A stretch of 64,000 nucleotides of DNA, from the NCBI GenBank assembly GCA_963664405.1, contig OY761158.1, positions 3,680,001-3,744,000 of the forward strand. The letters are read 5' to 3'. Below are positions 8,908-17,564 of the stretch, one piece after another. How positions within the stretch are numbered: the first letter of the stretch is position 1; every line of letters starts with the position of its first letter. A program made the position numbers and the translations under genes. This stretch comes from Thermoanaerobaculia bacterium. GTDB taxonomy: Bacteria > Acidobacteriota > Thermoanaerobaculia > Multivoradales > Multivoraceae. The notes under the pieces are model-generated. The model was not told where the DNA came from. It worked only from the letters and a program-made list of their open reading frames with translations, and ran no database searches.

Positions 8908-10173
8908 ATGAGGCGCCGTTGGCTTCGCGATCTCGGGAGCTATTCCGTGATTTTGCTGGTGTTGGGCGCCCTGGCGCTCTTCGCCATACTGAGTAGTAGA
9001 GAGCCCGATTCGAAGCTCTTGGAATCGGTTCAGAGCCTGCCGCTGGTGGGCCCTTTGGCACGAGGATTTCGCGATCGATATCTGACACCGAAGCCGGGGC
9101 GATCTCGCGAGCTGGCGACGACGGAGTTCTCATTCGACCTGTCGTCTCGAGATCGAGCCGACGACCAGAATGGACTGCCTTGGATCGAGGGCTTCGAATC
9201 TTGGTCGGGTGATGGGCTGCCGCCTCTTGGCAACGATCCATTGCCGCCGCGACCTCTCCCCGGCCGTGAGGCTGACCCGGAGAGGCTTGCCGAAGCGCGC
9301 CTCCATCTCCGAGCAGCAAGTGCCGAAGGTCTGCGACTCGGCCCCTACCCGTTGGTCACCGATGTGATCGACGGCGCCCTGCTCGATCGTCTCTCCCGGG
9401 CCGCTGCCGGAGTTGAGGAGTTCTATATCGATCGCTATGGCGTAGAAACCGTCGGCGCTGCGCTCGAGACCGTGGTGCTCTACCGACGGGAGGAGGACTA
9501 CCGTGCTTTGCAACGTCGCTGGGCCGGGGTCGTCGGCCCTCGGGCCGCAATCGGCAGCCTCTTGAGTCAGGGCCATAGTGGCTATGGTCTTGTTGTGCTC
9601 TTCGTGGGTTCGTCGTCGGTGGATGGCGTCGCCGGCACCCTTCTTCATGAGCTGGCGCACGTGCTCAATCGCCGTGGCCTGGGTCCAGCGCTTCCCTTTT
9701 GGCTCGAGGAAGGTATAGCCGACGATGTGGGTGCGGCCCGCCCTGATACGAGCGGGGGTATCGCTCTGGGAGACTTCATTGCTCCGGCCGCGGACGAGGT
9801 GGGAACGATTCGGCTGCAGGGGCCCTTGGCCGCCCTCTCCATCCTGGCGCGGAGTCAGCGCGACGGCTCACTCTTGTCGCTGCCTCTTCTCGTCGAGCTC
9901 GAGAGAGAGCACTTTCTAGCCGAGGCCGACGCGGCCCTCCACTACGGTCACAGCGCATTCTTTGTGCGCTTCCTGCTCTCCGAAGCGAGCGGTTTGGCGG
10001 AGTCTTTCCGACGTTTCTTGGCGGGGGTCGCAGCAGGCGAGAGCGTCGCGCCCTCCGCACTCGAGCAGCAGCTAGGGGTGACTTTGGCTCAAATCGAGGC
10101 CGAATGGAGGAGGTATCTCCTGCAGCAGATCCTGCACGCTGGGCTGGGGAACGAGCTCACCGCGCCTCGCTGA
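8908..10173 (+). CDS. Membrane-anchored HExxH zinc metallopeptidase-like protein (DUF1570/gluzincin-like)
   Basis: N-terminal TM helix; LLHELAH…PFWLEEGIAD. Confidence 0.65.
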   Translation: MRRRWLRDLGSYSVILLVLGALALFAILSSREPDSKLLESVQSLPLVGPLARGFRDRYLTPKPGRSRELATTEFSFDLSSRDRADDQNGLPWIEGFESWSGDGLPPLGNDPLPPRPLPGREADPERLAEARLHLRAASAEGLRLGPYPLVTDVIDGALLDRLSRAAAGVEEFYIDRYGVETVGAALETVVLYRREEDYRALQRRWAGVVGPRAAIGSLLSQGHSGYGLVVLFVGSSSVDGVAGTLLHELAHVLNRRGLGPALPFWLEEGIADDVGAARPDTSGGIALGDFIAPAADEVGTIRLQGPLAALSILARSQRDGSLLSLPLLVELEREHFLAEADAALHYGHSAFFVRFLLSEASGLAESFRRFLAGVAAGESVAPSALEQQLGVTLAQIEAEWRRYLLQQILHAGLGNELTAPR

Positions 10174-10199
10174 TCTCGTGGCTCCCCGGGGGCGCTACC

Positions 10200-10868
10200 T
10201 TAGAGCGACTCCTCTTCTCTCCACCGCATCTCGCCGTCGGCGTAGTGCTCCTTCTTCCAGATCGGGACCTCGGCCTTGAGTCGTTCGAGAGCCAATCGGC
10301 TTGCTTCGTAGGCCGCAGTGCGGTGAGGCGAAGATACGACGATGACCACGCTGGCCTCGCCGACGTCGAGATCTCCGAGCCGATGCACGATGGCGACTCG
10401 AGCCCCTGGAGAGCCCTCCTCGAGCTGACGACAGATGGCTCTGATCCTATCCACTGCCATGGAGTGGTAAGCAGAGTAGGTAATGCCCTCTACCTCCCGC
10501 CCCTGATGCTGATCGCGAACATTGCCGACAAAGACGACAAGGGCCCCGCAGGAGGCGTGGGTCACCTCCTTGGCGATCTCGGCAACGTCGAGAACAGTGT
10601 CGACAAGAACCGGCCTCTCGTCGACCCCACCTGAGACCGGCGGCAACAAGGCCACTTCGTCGCCGTCCTCGAGCGCCTCCGTGTCGGTCACGAGATCGCC
10701 GTTGATCGCGACAGCCACCCCCTGCCAGATGCCTTCGAGCTCCGGATGCTCGCTCTCCAAGAGCCGCTTGAGATCTCGGATCGAGCTCCCCTCCGCGAGG
10801 CTCAGATGGCGCTCCTCCCGGCCGAGGATGTCGCTGACACTGGCGAAGGAGAGGAGTCGGACCTTCAT
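10200..10868 (-). CDS. moaX: MoaD-MoaE fusion molybdopterin synthase (MoaX-like)
   Basis: N-terminal MoaD ending LLPPVSGG fused to MoaE (FVGNVRD, HRLG, LKAEVPIWKKE); ATG at 10868. Confidence 0.88.
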   Translation of the reverse strand: MKVRLLSFASVSDILGREERHLSLAEGSSIRDLKRLLESEHPELEGIWQGVAVAINGDLVTDTEALEDGDEVALLPPVSGGVDERPVLVDTVLDVAEIAKEVTHASCGALVVFVGNVRDQHQGREVEGITYSAYHSMAVDRIRAICRQLEEGSPGARVAIVHRLGDLDVGEASVVIVVSSPHRTAAYEASRLALERLKAEVPIWKKEHYADGEMRWREEESL

Positions 10869-10908
10869 CTCTTCATTATAGCTCCCCACCCTCTGGTATT
10901 CTGTTGGG

Positions 10909-13080
10909 ATGAAAGGGGATACGAGCGAGGCAGCTGTTCCTTCGCTGGTCCAGCCCGAGCCCGACCTTGGGGCCGCCGAGCTCTTCATCAATCGCGAGCT
11001 GAGCTGGCTTCGTTTCAACGAGCGCGTGCTCGAAGAGGCGTTGTCTGAGGAGAATCCGCTGCTGGAGCGGGTCGGCTTTCTGTCGATCTTTGCCAGCAAC
11101 GTCGACGAGTTCTTCATGATTCGTGTTTCCGGGCTACGCCAGCAGCTCGGGTCCGGCGTGCTGGAAGCGCCCCCGGACGGCATGACGCCGAGTGAGCAGT
11201 TGGCTGCCATCCGCCAAGCCCTCCTGCCTCTGCTCGAGCGGGTCGACTCATGTTGGCGCGACGATCTAACCCCCAAGCTGCGCTCCGCCGGGGTGCGCGT
11301 GCTTGGCTATGAGGAGCTGAAGAAAAGGCAGCGAAAGCTGCTCCGCCGTCACTTCGAAGCCGAGATATTCCCTGTCCTTACGCCTCTCGCTTTCGACCCG
11401 AGTCACCCTTTTCCGCACATCTCCAGTCTCAGTATCAATTTTGCGGTGGTGATCAAGGATCCGGATCAGGGGGAGCTTTTCGCTCGACTCAAAGTGCCGC
11501 CGAGCCTTCCAAGGGTGTTGCCCATTCCCGGCGAGGCGGCGCTCGAGAGTACTTCCGAGCTTGGCCTGGCGGGGGCAGGCGATGGCGCCGAGCTGGTTTG
11601 GGTAGAGGAAGTGATCGCGGCGAACCTCAAACCGCTTTTCCCGGGGCTCGAGATCGTCGACGCATTCCCGTTTCGGGTCACTCGAGACGCCGATCTCGAG
11701 ATCGAGGAAGACGAGGCGGGGGATCTGCTTACCGCCATGGCCGATGTAGTCGGGCGACGGCACTTCGGTTCTGCCATCCGACTCGAGATCGACAGCGCGA
11801 TGCCGCCGAGGATCCGCGACATCCTGGTCAAGAATCTCGGATTGGCCCCTTATCAGGTCTATACCACGACGAGTCCCATCGGCTTGGGGGATCTGTCGGC
11901 GCTGCGAAAGCTGAACCGGCCGGATCTGAAGTTCACTCCCTTCCTGCCGACAGTGCCGGCGGCGATCACTGGCGATGCGGCGCTCTTTTCGGTCATGAGT
12001 CAACGCGACGTAGTCCTCTATCACCCCTATGACAGTTTCTCGCCGGTGGTCAGCTTCTTGAACCAGGCGGCGATCGACCCTGAGGTCCTGGCGATCAAGC
12101 AGACGCTCTATCGCACTGGGGCCAATTCCCCGATTGTCGAAGCCTTGATGCGGGCACGTGAGAATGGCAAGCAGGTATCGGTGTTGGTCGAGCTGAAGGC
12201 TCGCTTCGACGAGGAGAGCAATATCGAGTGGGCCCGAGCTCTAGAGCATGCGGGTGTGCATGTGGTCTACGGCGTGGTCGGGCTCAAGACGCACGCGAAG
12301 ATGTGTCTCGTGGTCCGGCGAGAGCGGGACGGAATCCGGCGTTATGTTCACCTTTCGACCGGCAACTACAACGCCGACACTGCTCGAAGCTATGCCGACT
12401 TGGGCTTATTCACCTGCGACGAAGGGATTGCCGGTGATGTGTCGGACCTCTTCAATTCCTTGACCGGGTACTCTCGCAAGTCTCAGTATCGCAAGCTGCT
12501 AGTGGCTCCGGTGAGGATGCGCGAGGAGATCGTGGAGCGGATCGAGAGGGAGATCGAAGCTCACGCTCGTAGCGGCGAGGGACGGCTCGCGTTCAAGGTC
12601 AATTCCCTGGTAGATCGGGACTGCATCGAGGCGCTCTATCGCGCGTCTCGTGCCGGTGTCCGGGTCGATCTTCAGGTGCGCGGTATCTGTTGTCTGAGGC
12701 CGGGAGTCACCGGCGTCAGCGAGAACATCACGGTGACCTCGATCGTCGGTCGCTTCCTCGAGCACAGCCGGATCTACTACTTCCGCAACGGGGGAGAGGA
12801 GGAGCTCTATCTCGGTAGCGCCGATTTGATGCCGCGGAATCTTCGGGGGCGTGTCGAGGTGCTTTTTCCGATCGAGGATCCCGGTCTGAGGACTGCGATC
12901 CGCGATCGCATACTCTTTTTGCACCTCGCCGATAGCGTAAAGAATCGCCGGTTGCTCAGCGATGGCAGCTACCAGCGTGTCGAGGCCGGCTCAGCCGAGG
13001 ACTCCCTCGACTCCCAGCTCGAGCTTCTCGCCGGCTCTCGCGAGTGGGTCGTGGACGATGATTCCTCGAACTCGGCCTAA
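10909..13080 (+). CDS. ppk1: Polyphosphate kinase 1
   Basis: FINRELSWL, ELKARFDEE, KTHAK, GRFLEHSR, SADLMPRN. Confidence 0.97.
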   Translation: MKGDTSEAAVPSLVQPEPDLGAAELFINRELSWLRFNERVLEEALSEENPLLERVGFLSIFASNVDEFFMIRVSGLRQQLGSGVLEAPPDGMTPSEQLAAIRQALLPLLERVDSCWRDDLTPKLRSAGVRVLGYEELKKRQRKLLRRHFEAEIFPVLTPLAFDPSHPFPHISSLSINFAVVIKDPDQGELFARLKVPPSLPRVLPIPGEAALESTSELGLAGAGDGAELVWVEEVIAANLKPLFPGLEIVDAFPFRVTRDADLEIEEDEAGDLLTAMADVVGRRHFGSAIRLEIDSAMPPRIRDILVKNLGLAPYQVYTTTSPIGLGDLSALRKLNRPDLKFTPFLPTVPAAITGDAALFSVMSQRDVVLYHPYDSFSPVVSFLNQAAIDPEVLAIKQTLYRTGANSPIVEALMRARENGKQVSVLVELKARFDEESNIEWARALEHAGVHVVYGVVGLKTHAKMCLVVRRERDGIRRYVHLSTGNYNADTARSYADLGLFTCDEGIAGDVSDLFNSLTGYSRKSQYRKLLVAPVRMREEIVERIEREIEAHARSGEGRLAFKVNSLVDRDCIEALYRASRAGVRVDLQVRGICCLRPGVTGVSENITVTSIVGRFLEHSRIYYFRNGGEEELYLGSADLMPRNLRGRVEVLFPIEDPGLRTAIRDRILFLHLADSVKNRRLLSDGSYQRVEAGSAEDSLDSQLELLAGSREWVVDDDSSNSA

Positions 13081-13436
13081 GAGTCTGCGCTCGCTTCCAA
13101 TGGCATCCGCTCAGCCTGCCATTCGAACATGCCCCCCGCCAGCTCGACAACGCGGAGGGCCCCCAGAGCGCGAAGAGACTGCGCGGCACGTCTGATCTCT
13201 TCGTCGTATTGATCGACGCCAACAACGACGAACTCGGTCCCCGGGGTCGATCCTTCAGGCAGAGCCTCGGCGAGGTCGGAGGCCCCCAGAGCGATCGAGC
13301 CCTCGATACGGGACTTCGATCGCTCTGCGGCGGATCGAACGTCGATTACGAGGAACGGTGGATGCGCGAATTGGATGCGCCGATAGAGCTCGGCGGGATG
13401 GGTCTTGAAAATGACGCCGTCGTAGTGGGGATCCAT
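13077..13436 (-). CDS. Rhodanese-like domain protein lacking any cysteine
   Basis: VIDVRS…IEGSI…LAGGMFEW rhodanese pattern; no Cys in 119 aa. Confidence 0.75.
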   Translation of the reverse strand: MDPHYDGVIFKTHPAELYRRIQFAHPPFLVIDVRSAAERSKSRIEGSIALGASDLAEALPEGSTPGTEFVVVGVDQYDEEIRRAAQSLRALGALRVVELAGGMFEWQAERMPLEASADS

Positions 13437-13570
13437 GCTCGTATGCCTCGGGTGGTGGTTGGCCCTCTCTCGGGCGCCGCCAGTGTACTGAGCGCTTCTC
13501 CAGTCTGCAAGGCAAGTGAGCCTGTACTAGACTGCCGACGATGACGTCGTGGGGAAGCCGGGTCTAGGCA

Positions 13571-14605
13571 GTGCAGCTGCTCGAGCTACATGAGCGATGC
13601 GGAGTCCGTTGGCGAGACGAACGTGGCGTTCAGGTACCGGCTTCCTATGGAGAGAGCGAAGCCGAGATCGCCGCCGCGCGCGAGGGCTGCGCACTCTTCG
13701 ACCTCTCCTGGGCCTCGCGGCTGGAATTGCGAGGGGCTGATCGTCAACGACTCTTGAATGGGCTGGTGACGTGCGATGTGCAGGCCCTGGAGCCTGGCCA
13801 GGGCGCCTTCGGCTTCTTCACCTCTCGAGAAGGCAAGGTCCTCTCGGACTTCTATGCGATGGCGCTCCCCGATCGTCTCTGGCTCGAGCTGCCTGCGGCT
13901 ATGGGATCTGGGGTCCGCGACCAGATCGAGAATCATCGTGTGATCGACGACGTCACGGTATATCCGCTGGAGGACCTTGTACCCCTCGCCATGCTTGGAC
14001 CGGGGACGGGCGCGGTGCTTGGCGAGGCTTCCTCAGAGCTGTCCAGGGATCTGCACCACAGGGGCTCTATCTGTGGCACCGACATCGAGCTCTCACGGCG
14101 ACTTCTCTATGGCGTCGAGGCTACGGTGATCTGGGTCCCGGCTTCGGTGGCGGAGATGTTCGTCGAGGATCTATTGGCGCAGAGCTCGCAAAGCGGCCTT
14201 CGACTGGTCGGTCTCGACACTCTCGAGGTGCTTCGTACCGTCGCCGGCGTGGGTCGCTGGGGCGTGGACTTCGATCAGGGCTGTTTGCCCAATGAGACTG
14301 GGCTTCTCGATCAGGCGGTCGACTTCGAGAAAGGCTGTTATCTCGGTCAGGAAATCGTGGCTCGCGTCCACCATCGCGGAAAACCGAGCTCCGAGTGTCG
14401 CGCCCTAGAGCTCGAAGGTCTCTCGGAGGAGCCCAGGGCCGGTTTAACGCTGTCGCTGTCGGAGCGCGCGGCTGGAGTGCTCACGAGCGTTGCGCACGAT
14501 CCTCGGGATCGGTGGCTCGGCATCTCGAGACTCTCTCGCGAGGCGTTGGAAAGCGGCGGTCCGCTGACTGTGGAGGGCGGAGGGGAGGCCCGCTTCAGAC
14601 CGTGA
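13571..14605 (+). CDS. ygfZ: Folate-binding YgfZ/GcvT-family Fe-S maturation protein
   Basis: KGCYLGQE signature; GcvT-like N-terminus. Confidence 0.9.
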   Translation: MQLLELHERCGVRWRDERGVQVPASYGESEAEIAAAREGCALFDLSWASRLELRGADRQRLLNGLVTCDVQALEPGQGAFGFFTSREGKVLSDFYAMALPDRLWLELPAAMGSGVRDQIENHRVIDDVTVYPLEDLVPLAMLGPGTGAVLGEASSELSRDLHHRGSICGTDIELSRRLLYGVEATVIWVPASVAEMFVEDLLAQSSQSGLRLVGLDTLEVLRTVAGVGRWGVDFDQGCLPNETGLLDQAVDFEKGCYLGQEIVARVHHRGKPSSECRALELEGLSEEPRAGLTLSLSERAAGVLTSVAHDPRDRWLGISRLSREALESGGPLTVEGGGEARFRP

Positions 14606-14981
14606 AGGAAGACCCGCAGCCACAAGTGCCGGTGGCCTTGGGGTTGTGGAATTTGAAGCCCGTTCCGGTCATGCCCAGCGAGTAGTCGATCATCGTTCCG
14701 TCGAGATAGCGACCACTGATCGGATCGACGTAGATCGTAAGACCGTCGTACTCGAGGCGAGTATCGTTGTCGCGCGGCTCCTTCTCGAAGTCCAGCGCGT
14801 ACTCGAAACCGCTGCAGCCGCCCCCGCGAACCGCTACCCGCAGGCCGCAGGAGCTCTCCATGCCTTCCTGCTCGCGGGTGAGCTTTATCATCTGCAGTGC
14901 CTTGGTAGTGAGCAGCACCGGGCCCACAGGGGCCTCTGGCGCCGGTACCGGGGGGGAGCTGTTGGGGGATTGCAGTGCCAC
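14595..14981 (-). CDS. iscA: A-type Fe-S carrier (IscA/HesB)
   Basis: GGGCSGFEY and CGCGSSF motifs. Confidence 0.92.
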   Translation of the reverse strand: MALQSPNSSPPVPAPEAPVGPVLLTTKALQMIKLTREQEGMESSCGLRVAVRGGGCSGFEYALDFEKEPRDNDTRLEYDGLTIYVDPISGRYLDGTMIDYSLGMTGTGFKFHNPKATGTCGCGSSFTV

Positions 14982-15007
14982 GTTGAATTCCTCCTAAGGA
15001 ATAACAC

Positions 15008-15037
15008 AAGATAGCGGTTATCTATTCACCAAGTCAA
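15008..15037 (-). promoter_or_regulatory. Possible sigma70 promoter for iscA
   Basis: Minus strand TTGACT-N18-TATCTT with overlapping short inverted repeat AGATAgcggtTATCT. Confidence 0.35.
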
Positions 15038-15064
15038 ATCGGGTAGCGGGATATCATCCAGCCA

Positions 15065-15772
15065 GTGCTACGGGCGATCCTCTTTGGTTTCAGTGGTGTG
15101 CTTGTCGATGATCAGCCCCTCCACTTGGGTCTCTTCCGCCGGGTTCTTGCCGAGGACGACATAGAACTATCCGATGCGGAGTATTCAAAGCTCTACCAGA
15201 GTCGTGACGACAAGGACTTTCTCTCCGCGGTACTAAGAGGCAGGGGACAGCGCTTTGACGAGGCGCTGTTGATGCGGCTACTCACCCGCAAGGCGAGCTA
15301 CTTTCGGGAGCAGATCCGGGTTGAGGGCTTTCCTTTCTTTCAAGGAGCTCTCCAATTGGTGAGGAAGGCCGCCGAGGAGTCCTTCACTCTGGGTGTGGTT
15401 TCTCGCGCCCTGCGCGGTGAGATCGAGGCGGCGCTAGAGCAGCCGGCTGTCGGAGGCCTGTTCAAGGTCGTCGTCTCTGCCGAGGATGTGGAGGAGACGA
15501 AGCCGGACCCGGAAGCCTATCGCCGCGCCCTGAGCGATCTGAACAGCGTGCCTCCGCTCCCTTCCAGGCTTTATCACCCGCATGAGGTGCTTGCGGTCGA
15601 AAACAGCGTCTCGGGTCTCGCCGCCGCACGAGCGGCCGGCTTGGTGACGCTCGGCGTATCGCACAGCTCTTCGAGTGAGGGGCTCGCCGGCGCGGATCTG
15701 GTAGTCGGGGGCTTGGGTGAGGTCCGCCTCGACGTCCTGCAGCAACAGCTGGCCGAGGCTAGCCGGAGCTAG
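15065..15772 (+). CDS. HAD-superfamily (beta-PGM/CbbY-like) protein with altered catalytic motif
   Basis: ILFGFSGVLVD (DxD replaced), KPDPEAY, AVENS..GL.AA..AG. Confidence 0.8.
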   Translation: MLRAILFGFSGVLVDDQPLHLGLFRRVLAEDDIELSDAEYSKLYQSRDDKDFLSAVLRGRGQRFDEALLMRLLTRKASYFREQIRVEGFPFFQGALQLVRKAAEESFTLGVVSRALRGEIEAALEQPAVGGLFKVVVSAEDVEETKPDPEAYRRALSDLNSVPPLPSRLYHPHEVLAVENSVSGLAAARAAGLVTLGVSHSSSSEGLAGADLVVGGLGEVRLDVLQQQLAEASRS

Positions 15773-15935
15773 TGTCCTGTATCAGTAGTTCGTCACACAA
15801 CTCGCTGGCCCTTTTGCGCGCTGCCGTCGTTGCTCCTCCTCGCAATATTGCCCAATATACCTTCGTCGTAGCGCCTTGGCAGCACCCAAAATGACTGCGC
15901 GATTTATGCAACGAACCACTGATACAGGACACTAG
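15769..15935. repeat. CTAG-bounded long hairpin element, copy B
   Basis: 18-bp perfect terminal IR CTAGTGTCCTGTATCAGT; core AATATTGCCCAATATA; starts at stop of the HAD gene. Confidence 0.88.
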
Positions 15936-15959
15936 GAGCGTGTATCTGGACTCCAATGT

Positions 15960-16290
15960 CAACAGGGGTGGGTCGGTCTTCTTGTTTTTGATAGAGGTTT
16001 CCTTGGTGTGTAATCACAGGCAGTATGGAGGTCGATGGTGAGTCAAGACAGCAGACGTATCTCCGGCCTGTAGTGGGCGATTATTAGCGCCGGGCCATGA
16101 TGAAGAAATGCGCGTGAGGGAGCCGAATCGTCCGAAAGGGCCTCGAAGGCCAACGCTCCTATCGGCTTTTCCCCCCACGCCAGTCTGACTGGAAACCATC
16201 AGAATTCTCTACTCGCGCTGTCGGAGTGTTTGTGAGTGTTCAATTTGAAGTCTTCGGGTGCGTTGGGGTCCAGAGATCGAGGCCAAGGGC
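15960..16290 (-). ncRNA. Putative bridge RNA/seekRNA of the IS1111-type element
   Basis: Non-coding region downstream of the transposase, with stem-loops whose internal-loop segments match the target (TAGGAGCGT; GTCCGA) and the IS-end junction (TTCATCAT; TATCT); RNA boundaries unknown. Confidence 0.75.
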
Positions 16291-17331
16291 TCAGGCCGTG
16301 ACTTGCCGTGGAGGCTGCAGCTGGAAGGAGGTCTCGTGGGTCCAGACCGCCCAGACAACGCGTGCGAGCTTGTTGGCGAGGGCAACGGCGGCCCGGTTCC
16401 GTCCCCGCGAGCTCTCGACTCTGAGGGCCCACTGTTCGAGCCTACCGGCGGGTCCCTTTCTCCTCGCCCAGCTGAGCACCGACCTGGCGCCATGAATGAG
16501 GAGAGTTCGTAAGTACGCGTCCCCGCGTTTGCTGATCCTGCCGAGCCACCGCCGAGCGCCACTGGAGTGTTCCCTGGGAGTCAGTCCGAGATAGCTGGCG
16601 AGATGCCGGCCGCTTTTGAAGCGGCGAATGTCTCCGATCCAAGCGACCATGGCTGTGGCCGTGAGTACGCCTACGCCCTTGATCGTCAGGAGTCGCTTCA
16701 CGGCCTCGTCCTGGCGCGCGAGGGCTTGGATCTGTGCCTCGAGCTCTTGGATCTTCGTGGTCAGCTCGTCGATGTGGTCACAGATGCTTTCGAAAAAGGG
16801 TCGCAAGACGAGCGGGATCTCGGTATCCGGATCCGCGAGCCAGACGCGGACGCGCGGCAGGACCTGGGCGCGTCCCTGGGGCAGAAAGAGCCCGAGCTCT
16901 CGTAGGTGCCCGCGCAGAGCATTGATGTGGGCGGTGCGATCGTCCATGAACGACGAACGGATGCGATGGAGCGTGGTCATCGTCTGCTGCTCGAGCGATT
17001 TGACCGGTACGGGTAGGATGTCCTCGTTTCGATGCGCCTCGAGCATGCCCGTGGTATCCGTTCGATCCGATTTATTGCGCAACACATAGCGCCGGGTGAA
17101 ATGCGGTGGCAGCAGGATCACCTCGTGGCCGAGACTCTGAATACGCCGGCCCCAGTAGTGCGCCGAACCGCAGGCTTCCATGAGGACGGTCGCGGGCTTG
17201 ATCTGCGCGAAGAACCTGAGGAATTTCGCCCTTCGCACGCGCTGCCTCTCGGCGACCTTACCCGGCTCGTAAGACACCGCGATCTCGAAGACATCCTTGG
17301 CGATATCGACTGCGATACGTGTACTCTTCAT
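16291..17331 (-). CDS. IS110-family DEDD transposase/recombinase
   Basis: AVDIAK, MEACG, KSDRTD RuvC-like DEDD; GLTPREHSSG serine loop; GRISKRGD; VALANKLAR. Confidence 0.96.
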   Translation of the reverse strand: MKSTRIAVDIAKDVFEIAVSYEPGKVAERQRVRRAKFLRFFAQIKPATVLMEACGSAHYWGRRIQSLGHEVILLPPHFTRRYVLRNKSDRTDTTGMLEAHRNEDILPVPVKSLEQQTMTTLHRIRSSFMDDRTAHINALRGHLRELGLFLPQGRAQVLPRVRVWLADPDTEIPLVLRPFFESICDHIDELTTKIQELEAQIQALARQDEAVKRLLTIKGVGVLTATAMVAWIGDIRRFKSGRHLASYLGLTPREHSSGARRWLGRISKRGDAYLRTLLIHGARSVLSWARRKGPAGRLEQWALRVESSRGRNRAAVALANKLARVVWAVWTHETSFQLQPPRQVTA

Positions 17332-17420
17332 CGTGGACTCCCTTTCTACGATCAACGTTTGCGACTTAGGTGACCCCTGGCACATAGATGCCGAAGTCAC
17401 CGGGGAGTCCATTTCATCAT

Positions 17421-17499
17421 CCGAGAATTCGGACAGGCGAGTAGTTCTTAGGCGGGGATGGGCCGGAGAACGGGCCGAAGGCGCGTTTTCTGGGGCTAG
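17421..17499 (+). repeat. Right part of a 91-bp CTAG-bounded REP-like repeat split by the IS (left part 15932-15943)
   Basis: 15932-15943 joined to 17421-17499 reconstitutes the reverse complement of 27392-27482 with ~4 mismatches. Confidence 0.9.
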
Positions 17500-17564
17500 G
17501 CTCAGACGAGGGTGGTGATCGCCCTCGTTCTCGAGGATCCCGGTGATACGATCGCCGATCCCTG

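Larger units (their letters stand above)
15944..17420 (-). mobile_element. IS110-family, IS1111-type insertion sequence (~1477 bp)
   Basis: Subterminal IRs (TGGACTCC 15947-15954 / GGAGTCCA 17404-17411), internal IR copy at the transposase RBS, long 3' non-coding region; ends defined by comparison with the empty site at 27392-27482. Confidence 0.92.

Noticed and set aside
10869-11276. N-terminal extension of the MoaD-MoaE ORF
   Set aside because: Overlaps ppk1 on the opposite strand; MoaD homology starts at 10868
15759-16642. Small ORFs across hairpin B and the IS non-coding region (likewise 21876-22079 and 37966-38559)
   Set aside because: They are translations of repeat or ncRNA sequence with no protein features
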